A stretch of DNA of 64,000 nt from a virus. The DNA lies in the IMG/VR virus record IMGVR_UViG_3300044691_000355, positions 32,001 through 96,000 of that record; one strand, given 5' to 3'. The notes beneath the pieces were generated by a model, which searched no databases, had not been told where the DNA came from, and worked only from the letters and a program-made list of their open reading frames with translations. The number at the start of each line of letters is the position of its first letter. The first letter of the stretch is position 1. A program made the position numbers and the translations under genes. Positions 9,862-15,764 of the stretch are shown here, piece by piece.

Positions 9862-10572
9862 CTAGAACCACTCGGCTATGTTCAGCCCCATCGCTAATCC
9901 CCCTTGACGGCCGCGACGTTTCATCGCTCCAGGGGGTGGCTTGCCAGCGACTGCGGCGGACTTGAACGCAACCGTCGCAATGGTCCAAACATCAGATGAG
10001 GCCATCGTGGCCGTGGCGTTTGCGGTGCCCAGCGCTGAGGTCGTGGTCTGACTCATCGCGTAGAAGAAACCGGCGTGCTGGTCGAGGAGGACCGTGAACC
10101 CAGGTCCAGGGGTTATTGCCTCCCCGCTGCTCGGCTGGATGACGGAGAGGATGAGATCAGTGGCATTGGCCAGAGTCCCCATCGCCATCGATATGGCCGT
10201 GGTCGCGCCGACCGTGAGGGCGCTGGCAACAGCGCCAGGGGTGCCGTCCGTGTAGCCACTGGTCGGACAACCGGCCAGCTCATATGCAATTGCCTCACAC
10301 GCGATGCTCGGGTTGATGGTGAACGTGCCGGAGGAAGTCACCACGGGGGCGACAAAAATCCACGAACCATTGTTATTTGCTGTGTCGATGCAGCTAGCAA
10401 CATTCGCGTAGCTGTTTGGGGGCGACTGGTTGTCGGAACACGACTCAGACGGCTGGACGTTGGTCGCCAACACCACAATCAAGTTGCCGACCGTGGGGGC
10501 CGATGGGAACGAGATACCCCCGCCCCCTGCGATAAAACCTGTCTGTTGAACGATGCTCGGTGCGCCGCTCAC
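9862..10572 (-). CDS. Putative virion fibre / adhesion protein
   Basis: Beta-rich, FPSAPTVGNLIVV motif; within fibre cluster. Confidence 0.5.
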   Translation of the reverse strand: MSGAPSIVQQTGFIAGGGGISFPSAPTVGNLIVVLATNVQPSESCSDNQSPPNSYANVASCIDTANNNGSWIFVAPVVTSSGTFTINPSIACEAIAYELAGCPTSGYTDGTPGAVASALTVGATTAISMAMGTLANATDLILSVIQPSSGEAITPGPGFTVLLDQHAGFFYAMSQTTTSALGTANATATMASSDVWTIATVAFKSAAVAGKPPPGAMKRRGRQGGLAMGLNIAEWF

Positions 10573-11607
10573 CTAGATGCTCGCGTTAATGCATTCCGCC
10601 GCGACAATCGTGTTCGTGCCCGAGAAGGAGGTTCCGCCGTTGACGGAAACTCCCAAAATAGAACCTGCTGGCGTCGAGTTAAATCCGCTGGATACGGTTG
10701 TTATTAGTCTAATGCCTCCGACATTGACAGGAGTCGATGCGAGACCCGTTACCGCTAGAAAGCTAAGTAGCTTCAAGTTTCCAACCACTACGGCTGAGGT
10801 ACCCGAACCCACCGTGCGGAAATGTAATTCCAATTCAAATTTACCGGTGTCCGCAACAGCGGTGCCTGCGCCGAATGTAAAGGTCAGAATAGCTGTATCG
10901 GCAGTGGTTCCTGCTGTGCCATAACGCACAGTGACAACGAACGCCGCTGTGCCCGCAGCGGTCTTCACCATATCGAATATGAGTCGATACTTAGTCCCCA
11001 CCACAGGGCCGCCCGCACCCAACGCAATCGCCGATCCCGCCAGATATGTGTCGGCGGCAAAGCCCGCGCTGACCGTGGATACAGAACGATTCGACAGGGT
11101 CGCGAGCGCATACTTCACGCCCAATGCGGCCGATGCAGCGGCCATGAGCGAGGTGCCATCTGCGCCAACCGGAATGCGGTCAGGGCCGGTGTCAAAGCCG
11201 ATCAAGTCGCCCTTCGTCGTCAAGGGCAATCCCAGCGTTTCAACCAGGCCCGCAGCGCTGTACTTAGTCCACACGCCCAGCTCATCGAAGATTACTGACT
11301 CACCGGGCAGCAGCGTACCGTTCCACAGGCTTTCCGCCGTTGTGCCGTCGAAATGCTCTACCAGAACCGTGGTTGACACCGTCGCATGCGTGTTGTTGAT
11401 ATCGAGCAGCTTGACGTTGCGCTGCACGCTTGAGCCAGGAGAGCCGACAACCGTCGTCGTGGTGGCAGTCGAGATACTCGCGGTGTTCGTGCGCCCCGGC
11501 GTAATGACCCCGGAGGCATTGTCCATATGCGATTCGTGAACATCGAGCGCCGCCGCCGATCCGGTCGTGACACGGACGATGTCGGAGACCGAGGTAAGCA
11601 GCAGCAT
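10573..11607 (-). CDS. Putative virion fibre protein
   Basis: MLLLTSVSDIVRVTT start, LTTKGDL and RIPVGADG fibre-type motifs. Confidence 0.55.
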   Translation of the reverse strand: MLLLTSVSDIVRVTTGSAAALDVHESHMDNASGVITPGRTNTASISTATTTTVVGSPGSSVQRNVKLLDINNTHATVSTTVLVEHFDGTTAESLWNGTLLPGESVIFDELGVWTKYSAAGLVETLGLPLTTKGDLIGFDTGPDRIPVGADGTSLMAAASAALGVKYALATLSNRSVSTVSAGFAADTYLAGSAIALGAGGPVVGTKYRLIFDMVKTAAGTAAFVVTVRYGTAGTTADTAILTFTFGAGTAVADTGKFELELHFRTVGSGTSAVVVGNLKLLSFLAVTGLASTPVNVGGIRLITTVSSGFNSTPAGSILGVSVNGGTSFSGTNTIVAAECINASI

Positions 11608-11615
11608 GAGAGCTT

Positions 11616-11804
11616 TTACGCCTTCGGCGCGAGGGCTGCGGCAGCGTCGTCGTGGGCTTTCTTCTCAACCGCGATCTGCGCGTCGAGTACGATCTTCTCC
11701 ACCGCACTGAGCGCGGCGAGCAGAACGACCGAGTCCTCATCCGTGTGAGTCGCGATAGAGGCGATCCCTTCCGCCACGATCTGAATCTTTTTTGCGATAT
11801 CCAT
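11616..11804 (-). CDS. Small hypothetical protein
   Basis: RBS AAGGAAG; in operon. Confidence 0.55.
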   Translation of the reverse strand: MDIAKKIQIVAEGIASIATHTDEDSVVLLAALSAVEKIVLDAQIAVEKKAHDDAAAALAPKA

Positions 11805-11816
11805 GGGCTAACTTCC

Positions 11817-12221
11817 TTACGCGTTCGCGGAGGTGAGGGTGAAGGTGTTGACCGTCCAGGCCTGCGCGCTCGCAGCGACCGGATTGTCCATGGTCATATC
11901 CCCACCGCCGCCCGTGGCGGTCACGCTGCCTTGAACGTGGCACGTCGTTCCGGTGCTGTCATAAATACGGAAGTATCCGACCGTTCCCGCAGCGCTAAAT
12001 GTGCCGGTCCATGTGCCCGCTTTCGCCTTCGCGCCAGCAGAGGCATTCGCCAGCCAGTCAGAGGGCAACGCCTGCGAGGCGAGGTTGGTGCCGCTCGCAG
12101 CGGTCGCGCACGTGGCTGGCTCCGCGCCCGTGTAGAACTTGAGCAACGGCGCAGTGCTGATCGTGGTCTCGATTTGATCGAGCTTGGCGTTGAGCACTGT
12201 TTGGCTGTATTGCAGGGCCAT
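11817..12221 (-). CDS. Small beta-sandwich structural protein; putative repeating fibre subunit
   Basis: LKFYTGAEP, GTVGYFRI, QGSVTATGGGGDM motifs; RBS GGAGA. Confidence 0.65.
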   Translation of the reverse strand: MALQYSQTVLNAKLDQIETTISTAPLLKFYTGAEPATCATAASGTNLASQALPSDWLANASAGAKAKAGTWTGTFSAAGTVGYFRIYDSTGTTCHVQGSVTATGGGGDMTMDNPVAASAQAWTVNTFTLTSANA

Positions 12222-12245
12222 GAATACGTTCTCCGGTGAAATTCT

Positions 12246-13079
12246 TTAAACGATGATTTCTGCCCAGCAGCGGCATTCCCAAATGCACCCAGGATGAAAG
12301 CGCATCAGTCGGCCGCTCTCTTCGATCTCGGGCGGGTTGGCCCACTCGCATACGCGGCCGTCCATCGCGCGATGATTCGGGCGAGTCACATGATCTTTGG
12401 TCGCGCGCCAGCGGTAGGTCGGAAGCCCGGCGATGCTCGCGCGTGCTTGGGTCAAATTCGATGCGGTGCGCGACACCTCGGTGCGTGCGATCAGCCGCGC
12501 GTGCGCTGCGCTCACCTCGCCTGAGCGCTCGATCTCGCGCACGATCCTTCCTAATCGCTCGCCCTCGATCAGGCCGGTCAAGGTGAGGCGTTGCACACGC
12601 TGCGCAGCTTCGATGGGCAAGGAGGCAATCAATTCGGTTTGCTCGGCCATGAGTTTGGCCATCACTGCGCCGACTTGCGTGTCACGGATTTCTTGCGCGA
12701 CGCCAGCGGACATGCTCTTGGCCAGCGCGCGCCAGGTTTCGATATCGCGCGCGTTGACTTCCTCGATCATCCTGGCCGATGCTTTTTTGGCCCATGGCCG
12801 AAGCACCTGGCTGTAGGCGTGCAGCACCGAGACCAGCTCTTCGTTACCCGCCCTTTGGGCGGCGGGGAACGCATTGATCAGATGCCCGATGTGTTCACCC
12901 ACCTTGCCGAGCGAACGCTCGAATTCTTCCGTCGCGCGGCCGATCCGTGGCTTGCCTCGCGCTCGCTTCGCGCGCGCATCCATGGCGCGGTGACGCTGCG
13001 CCCGCGAGCCAAGGGAGTACGTTAGGTGGCCGCACGTGAGCAGCGGCACGAATTTCGGTTTCGGTTTCGCCGCGATCAC
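12246..13079 (-). CDS. Head morphogenesis protein (MuF / SPP1 gp7 family), short form
   Basis: ARLIARTEVSR, YRWRAT, RPNH, HPGCIWECRCWAE motifs; GTG start overlapping upstream TGA. Confidence 0.88.
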   Translation of the reverse strand: MIAAKPKPKFVPLLTCGHLTYSLGSRAQRHRAMDARAKRARGKPRIGRATEEFERSLGKVGEHIGHLINAFPAAQRAGNEELVSVLHAYSQVLRPWAKKASARMIEEVNARDIETWRALAKSMSAGVAQEIRDTQVGAVMAKLMAEQTELIASLPIEAAQRVQRLTLTGLIEGERLGRIVREIERSGEVSAAHARLIARTEVSRTASNLTQARASIAGLPTYRWRATKDHVTRPNHRAMDGRVCEWANPPEIEESGRLMRFHPGCIWECRCWAEIIV

Positions 13080-13258
13080 GGCGTTGTCGGCGGCGTCACC
13101 ACGGCATTGATCAGTGCATCGGCGTACCCGACGCACACTCGCGCAAGGTCTGCGGGATCATTGCGTGCGCCGCGCACGATGGCAGCGGTCAGGAAGACCC
13201 CCGCGAGCGCGAGGCGCAAGACTTGATCGCGATCTTCAAAATCGATGGGCTCACTCAT
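13076..13258 (-). CDS. Small hypothetical protein
   Basis: Start/stop overlaps with both neighbours. Confidence 0.5.
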   Translation of the reverse strand: MSEPIDFEDRDQVLRLALAGVFLTAAIVRGARNDPADLARVCVGYADALINAVVTPPTTP

Positions 13259-13389
13259 TCCGTCTCATCCTCGTCTTCGTCGATGGGCTCATCATCAAAC
13301 GGATACTCCATGCCCTCGGGCAGATGCGCTTCGACCGGCTGATAGTCGTTCAAGCGCTTGATGAAATCCTCGGAGACTTTCTCGGTCAT
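13255..13389 (-). CDS. 44-aa acidic protein following the ART gene
   Basis: Not in ORF track; MTEKVSEDFIKRLNDYQPVEAHLPEGMEYPFDDEPIDEDEDETE; abuts ART stop and overlaps next start. Confidence 0.6.
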   Translation of the reverse strand: MTEKVSEDFIKRLNDYQPVEAHLPEGMEYPFDDEPIDEDEDETE

Positions 13390-15764
13390 AACAGCGCTCC
13401 TTGAGCGGGGGCCTTCACGCGCGGCTTGCGTAGCTTCGGCGGTTGCACCGATGAACTGACCGCCGTGGCATGCACCACGATTCGCGCGAGTTCGCCCTCG
13501 CCTTTCGTGACCTTGGTGATTTTGAAGACCGTGCCCCGTGGCAGCAGCGCTTCGGCCTCGCCGTCGGCGAATGGCACGTCAGTGCCGTTATGCTGATTGG
13601 CCAATTTGCCGAAGGTGGGGATGGATAGGAACTTGAATCCCTTCGGGATGGTGATATGCATCAGCCCGTCTTTACTGAACACGTGCGCCACGCTCTTGGC
13701 GAACGAGGTGGAGCAATACGCGTGATCCATCATCGTGTCACCGACGCCGATGGATTCAACAAGGATGCGGGGAAGGCCGCGCGCGACCAGCAGCTTGCGC
13801 GGCGAGCCCTTCACGGCCTGCATGGCTGTATCGATGCCACGGATGTACGTCTGCATGTAGCTCGACACTGCGTCGAGATTGCCTTGGCTACGACGCAAAT
13901 CATCGTTGATCGAAGAACCTCCGGTGTACTTGACGACCCCGTCGATGATCTCGGGCGTAGGATCTGGCGGCGGCATCTTGAATGCGCGCTCGGCGAGGCG
14001 TGAGGCCTCTGTGCCGCTGCTGCCGCGCATTTTTATCAACATTTCAGGCAACGTCTTCGGATCAACGGGCTCAGGCGGCGCGTTGTTCGCTGCGGATGAC
14101 GCCGCGTAAGCCTGCGCTTCGGCCGTCGAGGCCTTCGTGTATTCCGCTTGCCACGTCGCTTTCTCAGCCCCAGTCATGCTGGTGGAGGCGTACACGGTCG
14201 ATGCCATGTTGGTGAAGGCATCGAGCTTTTCGACGGCGGCGAAGTGTGCGGCCTTGAGTTTGTCCAGCTCCGTTTGCGGCTTCGCCGACATCTTTTGCGC
14301 GAGCTTCTGCTTCTCCAGCGCCGCATTCAGCGCAGCCTCTGCTGCGTTTTCGTTGAACTGCGCTTCACTCACCAGCGCTTTCAGATGCGCGAGCTGCTCG
14401 GGGATGGCAGTCCCTGACGTGAACGCTTGAACGAGCCGCATGACAGCCGCTTCGTTCTCGGCGCGCGCCTCCAGATGCGCCGCCTGCAACTCCTGCAACG
14501 GCGTGAGAGGCGCGGGCGCATTCATCTGATTGACGTAGGTTTGCATCACTGAGCCGAAATGCGCGAGCGTCGCGGGCCCATCGGCCTGCGCGGCGTTCAT
14601 GATCTGAAGGAATTTCTTCGGTGAAGATTTGCCGTACAGGTACAGCTCGTGCACGCCGTATTGCAGATTGCCGACCCACAGCTTGGTCGCCTCGGTCACC
14701 TCGAAATTTTCCTGCACGTGCTTGAGCGAGCCCGCTTCGGCGGAATACGTGAAATCGAGTTTCTGCGCCGCCTGGGTGTCGAGTTGCTCCAACTCCAACA
14801 CCTTATCGGTCTCGGCATCTGCCTTGTACGCGGCTTGAAGCGCCTCTTGAATACGCTTCTTCTCCAGCACCGCTGCCTGATGCAGCGCCGCTTTCTCTTT
14901 CGCATACGCCATCGCGGTGCCTGTCACCGTCGGCGGGAAGAGCTGATTGAAACTGCCTTTGGTCCACTTGCCGGTCGCGTCGCGCTTCTGATCGGGGTCG
15001 AAATGATTCTTCTCATCATCGCGAGTCACACCGATCAATGCGGCGCGGCGCGCAAAGAACGTGCGCGCCAGCGTCGCGGAATTCTTCAAGCCGGAGGCGA
15101 CGAATGCGCCCTCAATGGCATTGCTATCAAGGCCGCGCACGCGCTCAAGCGCCGTATCAAAGGCCTTCGGGTCCAAGCGGCGCAACTGATTGAACACGGC
15201 ACCGGAGGGTAAATGCTCGCGCATCAGGCTCGACTTCTCGCTCACATCGGCGTCGTAGTCCTTATGCTGCCCCTGCGCGCGAAATTCAAACGCGCCGCCC
15301 AGATCGAGCTGCACCAAGTGACCTTGCGCGTCTTGCGCGATGTTCGAGTAATCAATTCCCAGCACGTCCCAGTTTTTGGTGAGCACGGCCGCGTAATACA
15401 TGGTCGCCAAGTCCACGCGCCGCTCAGCGTCGAGGAGCTGCACCGCGCCGGGCCACTTCACGGGCTTCGCCTCAATCCACGGGGAGACCAAGGCCTCCTT
15501 GCCGTGCACGGATTCGACATGCGGCATCGTGGTGCGCACACCCAACTGTCCGACCAGCGCGCTGGCGAGCGCCTCGCTGCGGCCCTGATCGGGGTTTGCG
15601 TAGAATTTGATGTAGTGCTTCTGACCCGCACTCGTGAACACGCCGCCGGGGTTTGAACCTAACTGCGCGCCGCTCTTCGTCCAGCGGCCTTGCGTGTCGC
15701 GCTTCTCAGCAGGATCAAAGCCGTCGTATGCCCTCGCGACGCGCGCATCCCACTGAGCGCTCAC
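13386..15764 (-). CDS. Multidomain protein: tag + HipA/PI3K-like kinase + tag + coiled coil + VIP2/Alt-like ADP-ribosyltransferase
   Basis: Kinase: GSNPGG, YIK, SEALAS, NWDVLG..N, LDLGG; ART: YT..S..IN..LR, VARGL, CSTSF, EAEALLPRG (R-S-ExE). Confidence 0.8.
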   Translation of the reverse strand: MSAQWDARVARAYDGFDPAEKRDTQGRWTKSGAQLGSNPGGVFTSAGQKHYIKFYANPDQGRSEALASALVGQLGVRTTMPHVESVHGKEALVSPWIEAKPVKWPGAVQLLDAERRVDLATMYYAAVLTKNWDVLGIDYSNIAQDAQGHLVQLDLGGAFEFRAQGQHKDYDADVSEKSSLMREHLPSGAVFNQLRRLDPKAFDTALERVRGLDSNAIEGAFVASGLKNSATLARTFFARRAALIGVTRDDEKNHFDPDQKRDATGKWTKGSFNQLFPPTVTGTAMAYAKEKAALHQAAVLEKKRIQEALQAAYKADAETDKVLELEQLDTQAAQKLDFTYSAEAGSLKHVQENFEVTEATKLWVGNLQYGVHELYLYGKSSPKKFLQIMNAAQADGPATLAHFGSVMQTYVNQMNAPAPLTPLQELQAAHLEARAENEAAVMRLVQAFTSGTAIPEQLAHLKALVSEAQFNENAAEAALNAALEKQKLAQKMSAKPQTELDKLKAAHFAAVEKLDAFTNMASTVYASTSMTGAEKATWQAEYTKASTAEAQAYAASSAANNAPPEPVDPKTLPEMLIKMRGSSGTEASRLAERAFKMPPPDPTPEIIDGVVKYTGGSSINDDLRRSQGNLDAVSSYMQTYIRGIDTAMQAVKGSPRKLLVARGLPRILVESIGVGDTMMDHAYCSTSFAKSVAHVFSKDGLMHITIPKGFKFLSIPTFGKLANQHNGTDVPFADGEAEALLPRGTVFKITKVTKGEGELARIVVHATAVSSSVQPPKLRKPRVKAPAQGALL

